IMG/VR virus record: IMGVR_UViG_3300020185_000063
Coordinates: 1 to 53,177 of that record
Source: a virus
Lineage: Duplodnaviria; Caudoviricetes
Direction: 5' to 3' (one strand)
Length of the DNA: 53,177 nt
Made by a program: the position numbers and the translations under genes. Positions 1-9,243 of this stretch are shown piece after piece. Position 1 is the stretch's first letter, and each line of letters starts with the position of its first letter. The notes under the pieces were generated by a model. The model was not told where the DNA came from. It saw nothing but the letters and a program-made list of their open reading frames with translations, and searched no databases.

Positions 1-11
1 AGTTGGTAGTT

Positions 12-39
12 TAGATTGATGGGTAATACCCGTAATCTA
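12..39 (+). terminator. hairpin, possible terminator of an upstream gene
   Basis: TAGATT-G-ATGGGT/AAT/ACCCGT-AATCTA stem-loop in non-coding sequence; no strong U-tract. Confidence 0.35.
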
Positions 40-71
40 TCATTACGGTTAATCGAATATTAACACCATAC

Positions 72-117
72 AGCTATAATACGTAATAGGAATAGACACA
101 ACGATTTTGTACATTTA
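72..117 (+). promoter_or_regulatory. candidate phage late promoter (AGCTATAATA-N28-TACATTT)
   Basis: Same two boxes with identical spacing recur at 1921-1966; both lie upstream of late gene blocks. Confidence 0.5.
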
Positions 118-157
118 ACCTCTTACAATAGTATATTACAATTAAAAATAATGGTCA

Positions 158-784
158 ATGGAGATAGGAAGTACAATAATAGGAATTATTTCTGCGATAG
201 CAGGAGGAGGTCTTGGTTCTTTTTTTACTTATAAAACAAACGCAAGTAAACAAAACTCAAGTGAGTTTGAAATTTTAGTGCAAGAATACAAAGATATAGT
301 ATCTGCTTTAAAGATAGAAGTGACTGCCTTAAGAACTGAGGTTGATGATGTGAAACTAATACTTGAGCATAGGAATAAGGAGATTGTTAATTTGAGAAAT
401 CAGCTTATCATATTTGAATCATCTCACTCAGACGTACCAGTTCCTATCTGGTTAAAAGACACTAATGGTAAGATGCTATTTCTTAACCCTGATTACGAAC
501 AAAAAATTCTTGTTCCATTAGCAAAGACTTCTGAAGATTATATAGGCAAGACTGATTATGAAGTTTGGGACAAGAAAACATCTGACCAATTTAAAAGACA
601 CGACAGGGAAGTAATGCGTAAGAAAGTTCCCGTAAGATTCATAGAAAGATGGAAAGGCCAAAACGGAGTTGTATTAGAAGGAGAATTAATAAAATATCCT
701 CGCTTCTTAAACAAAACAATCGTTGGTATAGGTGGAATAATAATAGATGTGAAGATAATATTAGATGCTACAAACCAACAGTAA
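158..784 (+). CDS. holin-position membrane protein: N-terminal TM helix, coiled coil, C-terminal PAS domain
   Basis: Hydrophobic IIGIISAIAGGGLGSFF, heptad region, then PAS-like PVPIWLKDTNGKMLFLN...EDYIGKTDYEVW...DREVM...IVGIGGIIIDV; directly upstream of putative endolysin. Confidence 0.7.
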   Translation: MEIGSTIIGIISAIAGGGLGSFFTYKTNASKQNSSEFEILVQEYKDIVSALKIEVTALRTEVDDVKLILEHRNKEIVNLRNQLIIFESSHSDVPVPIWLKDTNGKMLFLNPDYEQKILVPLAKTSEDYIGKTDYEVWDKKTSDQFKRHDREVMRKKVPVRFIERWKGQNGVVLEGELIKYPRFLNKTIVGIGGIIIDVKIILDATNQQ

Positions 785-834
785 AACAGGAAGAGTTTAC
801 AAACTTTGACAAAAAAGAAGTAAATGATACAGCT

Positions 835-1257
835 ATGACTAAAATGAAAATAGAACTAATTAGGTTCTTTGAGAATGACATTCAAACTTTAGGAAAGTTT
901 CGAGTGTTAGACAAAATAGGTACGGAATTATTTCAAGGATTCATGTTGGAATTAGCTGACAAAGGCAATCAAAATTCAATATCAAGAATACCTGAAGGTA
1001 TTTACGATGTGGTCAAAAGAAATTCTCCTAAATATGGAGATCACTTTCATTTAATTAATGTACCTGGTAGATCTTACATACTTATACATGTTGGAAACTA
1101 CTATACAAATACTCGCGGATGCTTACTTCCTGGAGAAGGAATATACGACATCAATGGAGATGGACTTAAAGATATCACAAATAGTGCAAACACCATGAAG
1201 AAACTTAATAAAATCATGGATGATGAATTCACTATTGAGATTAAAGATCAGATATAA
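835..1257 (+). CDS. DUF5675-like protein, putative endolysin (L,D-transpeptidase-like His/Cys motif)
   Basis: ISRIPEGIY and VPGRSYILIHVGNY-x4-GCLLPG motifs; real start probably ATG 835 or 844 rather than 649. Confidence 0.7.
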   Translation: MTKMKIELIRFFENDIQTLGKFRVLDKIGTELFQGFMLELADKGNQNSISRIPEGIYDVVKRNSPKYGDHFHLINVPGRSYILIHVGNYYTNTRGCLLPGEGIYDINGDGLKDITNSANTMKKLNKIMDDEFTIEIKDQI

Positions 1258-1913
1258 TGAAACTAGGATTTAAAGACTACACTATTGCAATACTTACTGC
1301 ATTAGTAATTTTACTTACATACATGAACTGGAATGGTTCAGATGAGCCAATTGAAGATGTGACAATAGTAACACAAGATCAAAGTGGTAGTGTTACTAAT
1401 GATGTGGAGGAAGTAGTGAAAGATACCGTGACTATTGAGATAGAAGTTCCGGGTAATCCACTGCCTGCAATAAAAGAAATTGTAGTTGACTCAACTTATA
1501 AAGCACAATACGAAACAGCTATGAAAGAGAATGATTCTCTTAAAGCAAAAAATTTATTCCTAGAAAGCATTTCCCTTAATACTTGGAAAGGCACTATTGT
1601 AGATGATGATGATATTAGAATAGATGGATCATTTAGGACTAGAGGAACATTACTAGGATATGATATAGATTACACAATAAAAGGAGACACAATAACATAT
1701 ACTCCTGAAGTAGTTACTAGATTCCCAAAGCTATCAATAGTTGGAGGGGTTAAAGCTCATTTACCATCAGTACAAGGATCTCAAGCAGATCCAATGGTTT
1801 CTGCACACATAGGTATTAGAGGAAAGAAAGGTAATACATTCTCTGTTGGATATGATTCTTTTAAAAATGTAACTTTTGGTTACGAGTGGACAATATTTAG
1901 AAGTAAAAAGTAA
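1257..1913 (+). CDS. membrane-anchored lysis accessory protein (spanin-like)
   Basis: N-terminal TM helix, C-terminal amphipathic beta-strands ending FGYEWTIF; third gene of the lysis cluster, start overlaps endolysin stop. Confidence 0.45.
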   Translation: MKLGFKDYTIAILTALVILLTYMNWNGSDEPIEDVTIVTQDQSGSVTNDVEEVVKDTVTIEIEVPGNPLPAIKEIVVDSTYKAQYETAMKENDSLKAKNLFLESISLNTWKGTIVDDDDIRIDGSFRTRGTLLGYDIDYTIKGDTITYTPEVVTRFPKLSIVGGVKAHLPSVQGSQADPMVSAHIGIRGKKGNTFSVGYDSFKNVTFGYEWTIFRSKK

Positions 1914-1920
1914 ACTATTT

Positions 1921-1966
1921 AGCTATAATAGTTATTGGCGTTAGGAGCAGTAATTAATTACATTTG
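1921..1966 (+). promoter_or_regulatory. candidate late promoter for scaffold/capsid operon
   Basis: AGCTATAATA at 1921 and TACATTTG (Bacteroidota -7 TAnnTTTG match) at 1959-1966. Confidence 0.6.
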
Positions 1967-1998
1967 TAGTTAAGGAGAATAAATAACTTATATTTAAT

Positions 1999-3141
1999 AT
2001 GGAAGAATTAAATTTAGGTGATCTTAGTTTTGATACAGACTCATTAGGTTTATTTGATGAGAATGGTAATCAGGAAACAAAGGCACCAGCAGGTGATAAA
2101 CCTGCAGCAGATGGTACACCACCAGCATCAGACAATGATGGAAAAGGTATAGACGATAATACAAATTCTGACGGTGAGGGCGATCCAAAAGATAGCTCAG
2201 AGAGCGTAGCTGGACAGGATAAAGATAAAAACAATCAAGTTCAGGCAGGTAAGACTGCTGATAGTGATGAAGGCGGTAATTCTTCCTCTCCTAAACTGAA
2301 TGAGACTGAACAGCTTTATTCTAACTTAGCCGCTGAGTTCATTGCTAAAGGAGTTTTACCTGAGCTTGATGTTACAAAAATTAAATCACTGAAGGATATT
2401 GAAGATGCTATCCAACAGAAGATTAATGATAGTCTTACTGACAAACAGAAAGCTATTGATGAAGCAGTAAAAGCTGGAGCACCAGTAAATCAAGTTACTC
2501 AAATGCATAACACTATTGAGAAGCTTGAAAAGGTGACACCAGAGTTTATTGGAAATGAAAATAATATTGAGTTTAGGCGTACAGCTATTGCTCAAGATTT
2601 TATAGATAAAGGCTACGATGTAGATAGAGCTAAGTCTCTAGCACAACGTAGTATTGATGCAGGAACAGATGTAGAAGATGCAGAGTTTGCTTTAAAGAAT
2701 TTAATTGCTTCAGAGAGGACTAAATTGAAATCTACTATTGATGCTGCAAAAGAAAAGGAAACAAGGTCTTTAAATGACATTAAAGATTATATTTCCTCAA
2801 CCCCGGAAGTACTTCCTGGTATTGCTTTAACTGATTCTCAAAAAGATCAGTTGTATAACCAGATTACTACCGAAGTTGACAATAAAGAAAATGCTTTTAT
2901 TAAAGCTCAAAAAGCTGATCCTATTGGATCTCGAATTAAGCTAGAAGCAATCTTTATGTTAACGGATGGACTTAAAGATCTTAGCGTATTTGGAAACAAA
3001 GCTGAGACAAAGGCATCCAACAAAATAGAAAATTTATTAAGAGGTACAAAGTTTACTGAGGATGGAAAAGTTGACACTAATGTTGCTGATCCTGAATCTA
3101 ATTTTAAACTTTCAGATCTTAAGGATTTAGAAATAGAATAA
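1999..3141 (+). CDS. putative capsid scaffolding protein
   Basis: Acidic disordered N-terminus then helical region; immediately upstream of the MCP as in crAss-like capsid modules. Confidence 0.6.
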   Translation: MEELNLGDLSFDTDSLGLFDENGNQETKAPAGDKPAADGTPPASDNDGKGIDDNTNSDGEGDPKDSSESVAGQDKDKNNQVQAGKTADSDEGGNSSSPKLNETEQLYSNLAAEFIAKGVLPELDVTKIKSLKDIEDAIQQKINDSLTDKQKAIDEAVKAGAPVNQVTQMHNTIEKLEKVTPEFIGNENNIEFRRTAIAQDFIDKGYDVDRAKSLAQRSIDAGTDVEDAEFALKNLIASERTKLKSTIDAAKEKETRSLNDIKDYISSTPEVLPGIALTDSQKDQLYNQITTEVDNKENAFIKAQKADPIGSRIKLEAIFMLTDGLKDLSVFGNKAETKASNKIENLLRGTKFTEDGKVDTNVADPESNFKLSDLKDLEIE

Positions 3142-3167
3142 TAACAACTTTTTAAAACAATTTAATT

Positions 3168-4667
3168 ATGCAATTAGGTAGGTTCCAAGTAACTGACGCA
3201 AAAGCCTTTGCTGGTATGATTAATCCAGAGAACACTTTAGGTGCAATTTGGAAGACAGCTCCAACAAAGATTAATGATGCTATGATTAAACTTTTGGCAA
3301 TCAATAGAGGTAAGTCTCTTGAGAACATGCTATCAAAGTTTGATACTAAGCTAGTAGACAACGATAATGAGTACTTCTGGGAACTCATTGGTAGTTCTCG
3401 TAGAAACATTCCATTAGTAGAAGCAACTTTTAAAGGTGCTACTGTAACATCTGGTGACAACAACATCGGAGAAGGTGGACAAGAATTCCAACTAACATTT
3501 GGTGAACAATGGTTCTTCAAAGGAGAAATCATAGTTGGTGAAAGAAATGAAGCGTATCCAATCCGAGTATTAGATGATGGTTATCCATCAGGATCTCAAT
3601 GGATACATACTTGTGAGATCGCAGGTTCAGATAGATCAGGTATTCCTGGTTCTGAATTAACTTCAGGTAAGAGATTTAAGGAAGAGTTTGCTCCAGTAGG
3701 AAAAGGTCTTTCGAGAGAAGTAGGTGGTGTTCGTAGAGTAACTCCAGTTTCTATGAGAGGTGAGTTAACTACAATACGTATTGACCACAAACTTCCAGGT
3801 GACGCAACTAACAAGCAAGTTGTAATGGGTATTCCTGTTATCGACAAAGCTGGTAACAAGAAAGTATTTGGTGCATTAGCATTATACGAAGATTGGTTAG
3901 TTGAGCAAGAATTTTCTTTATACAAGAATAAATTCTTAATGTACGGTAAAACAAACAGAACTGCTGATGGTCAGTACCACAACAAAGATGTTTCAGGTCG
4001 TGCAATCAAAATTGGATCTGGTATCCGTGAGCAAATGGAGCAATCTAACACATTCTTCTACAACGAGTTCTCTATTGAGATGCTTGAGGAAATCCTTTTC
4101 GGATTATCAGAAGGTAAGTTAGGATTTGACCAACGTGTGTTTATCTTACGTACTGGTGAAAGAGGTGCTGCTGAATTCCACAAAGCTGTATTAACTACAA
4201 CTTCAGGATGGTCTGCAAATATATCTACTCCAGGAACTAATCCTGCAACAGTGAAGAATACAAACTCAGAATTACATAGCAATGCTATGGCGGCTGGATT
4301 CCAGTTTACTGAGTATATGGCACCAAATGGTGTAACAGTAAAATTAGAAGTTGATGACTTCTATGATGACAAGGTACGTAACACAATTAGAATCCCTGGT
4401 TCTAACGGTGTAGCTGAATCTTATCGTTATGACATCTTTTACATGGGTACAACTGAATCTCCAAACATTCAGAAGGTACAAGTTAAAGGTGCTGATGAGA
4501 TCAGAGGTTACCAATGGGGTTTCAGAAATCCATTTACTGGAGCTGTAAACAACGGTAACATGGGAACTTTAGAGGATAGTGGTACTATCACTAAATGGTG
4601 TCAATTAGGAGTTGTGGTTTATGACCCATCTCGTACAGCATCAATCATCCCTTACGTATTAGCGTAG
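3168..4667 (+). CDS. major capsid protein (crAss-like, HK97 fold)
   Basis: 499 aa; crAss-like MCP features (IGSGIREQME, LRTGERGAAEFH, YMAPNGVTVKL, AESYRYDI); followed by stacked stops TAG TGA TAA TAA and a terminator. Confidence 0.85.
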   Translation: MQLGRFQVTDAKAFAGMINPENTLGAIWKTAPTKINDAMIKLLAINRGKSLENMLSKFDTKLVDNDNEYFWELIGSSRRNIPLVEATFKGATVTSGDNNIGEGGQEFQLTFGEQWFFKGEIIVGERNEAYPIRVLDDGYPSGSQWIHTCEIAGSDRSGIPGSELTSGKRFKEEFAPVGKGLSREVGGVRRVTPVSMRGELTTIRIDHKLPGDATNKQVVMGIPVIDKAGNKKVFGALALYEDWLVEQEFSLYKNKFLMYGKTNRTADGQYHNKDVSGRAIKIGSGIREQMEQSNTFFYNEFSIEMLEEILFGLSEGKLGFDQRVFILRTGERGAAEFHKAVLTTTSGWSANISTPGTNPATVKNTNSELHSNAMAAGFQFTEYMAPNGVTVKLEVDDFYDDKVRNTIRIPGSNGVAESYRYDIFYMGTTESPNIQKVQVKGADEIRGYQWGFRNPFTGAVNNGNMGTLEDSGTITKWCQLGVVVYDPSRTASIIPYVLA

Positions 4668-4679
4668 TGATAATAAACT

Positions 4680-4714
4680 TATTCTCCTCAGTTGTTCGCT
4701 GAGGAGAATATTTT
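4680..4714 (+). terminator. intrinsic terminator after MCP
   Basis: TATTCTCCTCAG-N7-CTGAGGAGAATA perfect 12-bp stem followed by TTTT. Confidence 0.8.
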
Positions 4715-4837
4715 AAAATAACAGTACTTTGAACGCTACCCTTAAGAACAGCGTCCCAGTCGAAGTCTTTTAAACAGTTGGCAGATCTGAAAACACTGCC
4801 ACAAATAAGGAAGGAAGAATATTAAATAAGTAAACAA

Positions 4838-5755
4838 ATGGCTAAAAAGCAAACTGCTTCAAAGGGAGCAACAGAAGAAACAGTGCGTACTGATTTCTTG
4901 GTGAATAAAAAAGTAACTGTTAAGTATGTCCCAAATGAAAAAAATGGGATTAAAGATGTAAAGCATGTTGCTTACGGTGGACTATTAAATGGAGCTGAAA
5001 TCTCCATACCTGCACCAACTTTAGATAACAACAAGATGAAGAATCTGTTAACTAATGTGGAGAAAGCAGGACTAGAAAGTATCCTGAACGGTGTAGATCT
5101 TTCAATATATGGAGACTTTTGGAAAGAGCATGATAAGAATGGAAATAAAGGAGAAGCATATAATATGGGAATCCTTCCAATCTTTTTAGGCAAAGATGAT
5201 GTTATCTTAGATCTATCTGATCCTTATGATTACATTAAATTTAAAGTATTAAAATCATGTCCTATTGTAGCAAACTCATTAGATGAGGTTAAACATAGGG
5301 CTACCAATAAATTTGTACTTACTTCGGCATCAGAAGAGATGGCTAAGCAAATTGAAAAAGGAAGTTATAAAGTAACTGCTTACAAGTTGTTTGTTAAGTA
5401 TGAAGACGATAAAGAGATCTTAAGATATACTCTAAGAGGATTAGGTAGAAATACCAATAGATCTCACCAACTAGATTTCTTGCAAGCAGAAATGCATAAG
5501 GAATTAGAAAAGAACCCAAGTTTAGTTTGTTCTATAATGGGTGATGAATACCTTAAGACTAAGGTATTGCTAGAATCATGTTGGGAATTTGGTGCAGTTA
5601 ACAAGAGAGATAAGAATTTTTATACTCTTGAAGATGAACCAATCTCTGACGGAGACGTACCAACATTGACTGTTGCTTCTGAATATTTAGCAAGTAACTT
5701 AGGTCAGGAAATGAGGCTGGCACTAGAAGCAAGATTAAAGAACGCGTTAAAATAG
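4838..5755 (+). CDS. conserved crAss-like protein downstream of MCP
   Basis: 305-aa ORF with LDLSDPYDYIK motif; syntenic position. Confidence 0.55.
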   Translation: MAKKQTASKGATEETVRTDFLVNKKVTVKYVPNEKNGIKDVKHVAYGGLLNGAEISIPAPTLDNNKMKNLLTNVEKAGLESILNGVDLSIYGDFWKEHDKNGNKGEAYNMGILPIFLGKDDVILDLSDPYDYIKFKVLKSCPIVANSLDEVKHRATNKFVLTSASEEMAKQIEKGSYKVTAYKLFVKYEDDKEILRYTLRGLGRNTNRSHQLDFLQAEMHKELEKNPSLVCSIMGDEYLKTKVLLESCWEFGAVNKRDKNFYTLEDEPISDGDVPTLTVASEYLASNLGQEMRLALEARLKNALK

Positions 5756-5760
5756 AATAA

Positions 5761-6498
5761 ATGACGGCAATAGAGTTGAAAGAAGAGTTTAATTTAAGAT
5801 ACAATAATGCTCTCGAAGGAGCACCTGGATTAGACACTTTCGAAATAAGTTCTTATTTATCAGTTGCTCAAGAGCAATATGTTAAGATGAACTATGACAT
5901 CTCTAAAGATCAGAATTCATCTTTCGAATTAAATGAAAGAACGCGAAGAATATTGAATGAATTAGTTCAAGATGAAAAGATAACATCTCCAATCTCTTCT
6001 ACGAGGGGATTGGTTGATGAATCAAAATTTTACGAACTAAGTAATGAAGCGATGTATTTAGTTGCTGAAACAGTAACATTAAATAGTATAGATCCAATCT
6101 ACAAAGGAAAGATTGTTAGAGTTCACCCAATTACTCATGATGAGTTTATGGTGAGTTATAGAAATCCTTTCAGAAAGCCTAATAAAAATAAGGCTTGGAG
6201 AGTGGATGTATCTAAAGAGAATTCAAAGACAACTGTTGAGATTGTATCAGCAGAGCCTATTTCTCGATACAACGTTAGATATATAAAGTATCCAGACCCT
6301 ATTATAGTAGGAGATTTGACCTCAGCACCAGATGTGGCAGGATTAGGATTTACTATACAAGGCAAGACTGCAATAGCAACGTGCAAACTAGCACCAATGA
6401 CACATAGAGATATTGTCAATATAGCTGTCCAGAATGCTGTATTAGATTACAGGGATGGAACTTTAAAATCAAGAATGACATTAGACTCAAGAGTTTAA
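5761..6498 (+). CDS. tail ring / head-tail connector protein
   Basis: EISSYLSVAQE N-terminal motif, YNVRYIKYPDPI and CKL-x3-HRDIV-x2-AV C-terminal motif; synteny. Confidence 0.55.
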   Translation: MTAIELKEEFNLRYNNALEGAPGLDTFEISSYLSVAQEQYVKMNYDISKDQNSSFELNERTRRILNELVQDEKITSPISSTRGLVDESKFYELSNEAMYLVAETVTLNSIDPIYKGKIVRVHPITHDEFMVSYRNPFRKPNKNKAWRVDVSKENSKTTVEIVSAEPISRYNVRYIKYPDPIIVGDLTSAPDVAGLGFTIQGKTAIATCKLAPMTHRDIVNIAVQNAVLDYRDGTLKSRMTLDSRV

Positions 6499-6587
6499 AA
6501 TAAAAAATATAGGATTATTGATACTTAATCCATATATTGCAACATAAAGTATCACAAATTATTTATTAATTAAAACAATTTAGAATT

Positions 6588-7550
6588 ATGGGATTAGCCG
6601 GACAAAATCAGGTTAGACACATGTACGTAGGTACAGCAGACGTAGCAGACTTTGCAGCTTTAAAAGCTGGATCTGCAAACAGTTTAGTAATCTTAGGAGC
6701 TAACGGTGCTGCCGTGGCTGCTGGTGAAGATTTCAAGCTATTTCAAAAGGATGCACTAGGAAACATTATCTCTAGTGATACCATCAAAGCAGATAATGTA
6801 TTAGATGTACGCTCAGTAGCTTATACTGCAGCAGTAAATAAATTGGTAACTATCTCTGCGTTGACAGTTGATGCTAATTCATTATACACTGTTGAGATCT
6901 TGATTAATGGACATGGTTCATTATCTCCAGAAGATACATACTTAAAGCAAGGTTTTTACAAAGCTGTAACAGGTGATGATCAAGAAGCTGTTGTTGATGG
7001 TCTTATCGCATCATTAAATCGTAATTTCTCAAGAGAAGTAGGTGCAACTGCAACTACAAATCCTTACTTTACTTTTGCTAAAACTGGATCAGGTGCATCA
7101 GCAGCTCTTACAGTAGAAGGTAAACTTTACGGAGTAGGTTTTGATGGAGACAAGAGAACTAGAATTTACAATGACTTTACAGTAGATATTTCTGCTGATA
7201 CTTATCCAACTGTTACTGTTACTAACGAGCAGTTTGATGGAGTTGGTACTGGATACCAGGTTGTTGAAATGGAGTACTTCTTGCTAGGTGAAAGAGGAGA
7301 TACTTATCGTGAGATGGGTTACCCACACAACATCAACGGGCCAGCATTGGTTTCAACTGTTGGTGGAACTTATGACCTAATTGAAATTTCTTACTTCGAT
7401 GAAGGAAGAGATGAAGCAAAGAAGTCTAAGAAGAACTTAACGATTGCTATGCCAACTGCAGCAGTACCAAATGCTAATGTTAACTCTGTAATTACAGATT
7501 TAAACACTATCTTAGGTGCAGGTTCAGTAGACACGATTAAAGCAGCGTAG
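6588..7550 (+). CDS. auxiliary capsid / decoration protein
   Basis: NQVRHMYV N-terminus and MEYFLLGERGD-x-YR-x-MGYP motif; own terminator suggests high expression. Confidence 0.6.
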   Translation: MGLAGQNQVRHMYVGTADVADFAALKAGSANSLVILGANGAAVAAGEDFKLFQKDALGNIISSDTIKADNVLDVRSVAYTAAVNKLVTISALTVDANSLYTVEILINGHGSLSPEDTYLKQGFYKAVTGDDQEAVVDGLIASLNRNFSREVGATATTNPYFTFAKTGSGASAALTVEGKLYGVGFDGDKRTRIYNDFTVDISADTYPTVTVTNEQFDGVGTGYQVVEMEYFLLGERGDTYREMGYPHNINGPALVSTVGGTYDLIEISYFDEGRDEAKKSKKNLTIAMPTAAVPNANVNSVITDLNTILGAGSVDTIKAA

Positions 7551-7573
7551 TCTTAACCTAAGACACAAACCAT

Positions 7574-7608
7574 AAAGGGACATGGAAATTATTCCTTGTC
7601 CCTTTTTT
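7574..7608 (+). terminator. intrinsic terminator
   Basis: AAAGGGACA-TGGAA/ATTA/TTCC-TTGTCCCTTT stem running into a T-tract. Confidence 0.8.
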
Positions 7609-7633
7609 ATTAACTCAATAATTTATAATAACA

Positions 7634-8212
7634 ATGGCAATTAACGTAACAAAATTTGTAGTGTCTAACGACTTAAGCACTCTTGACCTAGAAGTTAATG
7701 TAACATCTGGACAAACAGTTACAGAGATTCTTTTGTGGAATGAGGATACATACAAAGATCCTTCTCAGGCTAAAGACTTATCTTCATTACTAGTGGGAAC
7801 TACTAACTCAGAAGATATTACAATAACTGCTGAAGATGCAGATTTAAGCAGTTTCTCAGGAATGTATTTTCTACAAATCACAACTAGTGAACCTGAAGCT
7901 GTAATAGTAGCAACTGTCAATCTTACTCAATATTATATTACCCAAGCCAAACTAATAGCTAATGTTGATTTATCATGTCTCAACTGTAACGCTAATTTTC
8001 AGAATGCATTATTATTCGATATGTACCTGGAGGCTACAAAGAACTCACTTATTCTTGGAAGATACCGAGATGCAATAGACAATTTAAATAAATTAATAAT
8101 TACGATCGATACATCTGATTGTGACTCTTGTAAGGACATACCTGCATTAGTTTCAACTGCAGGTAACATAGTTTCTGTTGGTGTACTTGATTGTGAGTTA
8201 ACACAAGTATAA
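7634..8212 (+). CDS. putative tail hub protein with Cys pairs
   Basis: CLNC and CDSC motifs; position after auxiliary capsid gene. Confidence 0.45.
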   Translation: MAINVTKFVVSNDLSTLDLEVNVTSGQTVTEILLWNEDTYKDPSQAKDLSSLLVGTTNSEDITITAEDADLSSFSGMYFLQITTSEPEAVIVATVNLTQYYITQAKLIANVDLSCLNCNANFQNALLFDMYLEATKNSLILGRYRDAIDNLNKLIITIDTSDCDSCKDIPALVSTAGNIVSVGVLDCELTQV

Positions 8213-9198
8213 ATGAAAACTAAGGATGCTAGAGTATTTACTGAATCAGTTAAACTTGCTTCAGGTAGATTAGAAAATTATGGCGATGCTAGACTAAGTG
8301 GTATTCACCTTTTAAAGCTGATATATAAATACGCTTCTTACTCAACCACATACAATCAATTAAAAAGATTTGATTCAATGGTAAGCACATTACAACTTAC
8401 AGATCCATTAAAAGCACATTACAACTTACAGATCCATTAATATGTGTTGAGAAGATGGCTAGTAATACATCAGAGTATATTCAACCAGTAGGAACTGTAA
8501 CTGTTGGAGTTGATAATAATCAGGCTCCAGTATTAACTGATTCTGCGATAACAGTAGTTGATGGTGCGGAATTATACACATTCTCTTATAATGATTTATT
8601 CTCAGGGTATTCAGATCCAGATGGAAATGCATTCTCAGGATTTGTAATTAAGACACTTCCTGTAAATGGAGAATTAAAATACAATGGAGAAGCAGTAGTA
8701 GTGGGAAACTTCTATACAGATCCAACTTTACTAGTTTATAGTAAAGATTCTGACTCAGCTTATGTGACAGGCTTTACATATACAGCCTTTGATAATGACC
8801 CTCAACTGCCATTAGAATCTAATTTAGCAGCTTGTGAAGTAACAGTAGAAGCATTAGCAACAACAAATGAACCAGCAACCATCGGAGATAGAGCACAATA
8901 CGCAGGAAACAGAGTAACAACAGTATTTACTGTTGCAGACTTTACGACAGAAACAATAGCACCTTATTTTGATCCAGAAAACAATGACTTGGATGCAATT
9001 AGAATAGATGAAGTATCAACAGCTAACACAGGAGTGTATTATTATTATGCTAACCCTGTAACTGCTGGACAGGTTATTACCGCAGCAGAATTAAACTCTG
9101 GTGCTTTCTATCACATTGCTCCAGATGCCAATGGTGTTTCAACTGACTCCTTTAATGCGAGTGTTCGAGATACAGGGTCAATGATATGGGTAGATTAA
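8213..9198 (+). pseudogene. tail-associated protein with cadherin/Ig-like domains, split by a 29-bp duplication into ORFs 8213-8440 and 8455-9198
   Basis: Removing one repeat copy gives a continuous 318-aa frame (...LQLTDPL-ICVEK-MASNTSE...); could be an assembly artefact. Confidence 0.7.
8383..8440 (+). repeat. perfect 29-bp tandem duplication
   Basis: AAGCACATTACAACTTACAGATCCATTAA at 8383-8411 and 8412-8440. Confidence 0.95.
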
Positions 9199-9243
9199 TA
9201 ACTGTTCAGTGATACTGAACATAATAAAAATAATGAACAAACA

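Noticed and set aside
649-834. Long N-terminal extension of the endolysin ORF overlapping the PAS gene, and an M-T-K-M dual start at 835/844
   Set aside because: The extension looks like off-frame readthrough of the PAS gene; dual-start control is a holin feature and there is no TM helix here
4726-4810. Known ribozyme or riboswitch (hammerhead, twister, HDV-like theta, preQ1)
   Set aside because: Could not place the required conserved cores by eye; kept only as an unassigned structured element
6512-6540. Promoter or hairpin upstream of the auxiliary capsid gene
   Set aside because: TATATTGC is only a partial -7 match and the GGATTA/TAATCC stem is weak; not supportable
8383-8440. CRISPR-like repeat
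   Set aside because: Only two directly adjacent copies with no spacer; it is a tandem duplication within a gene
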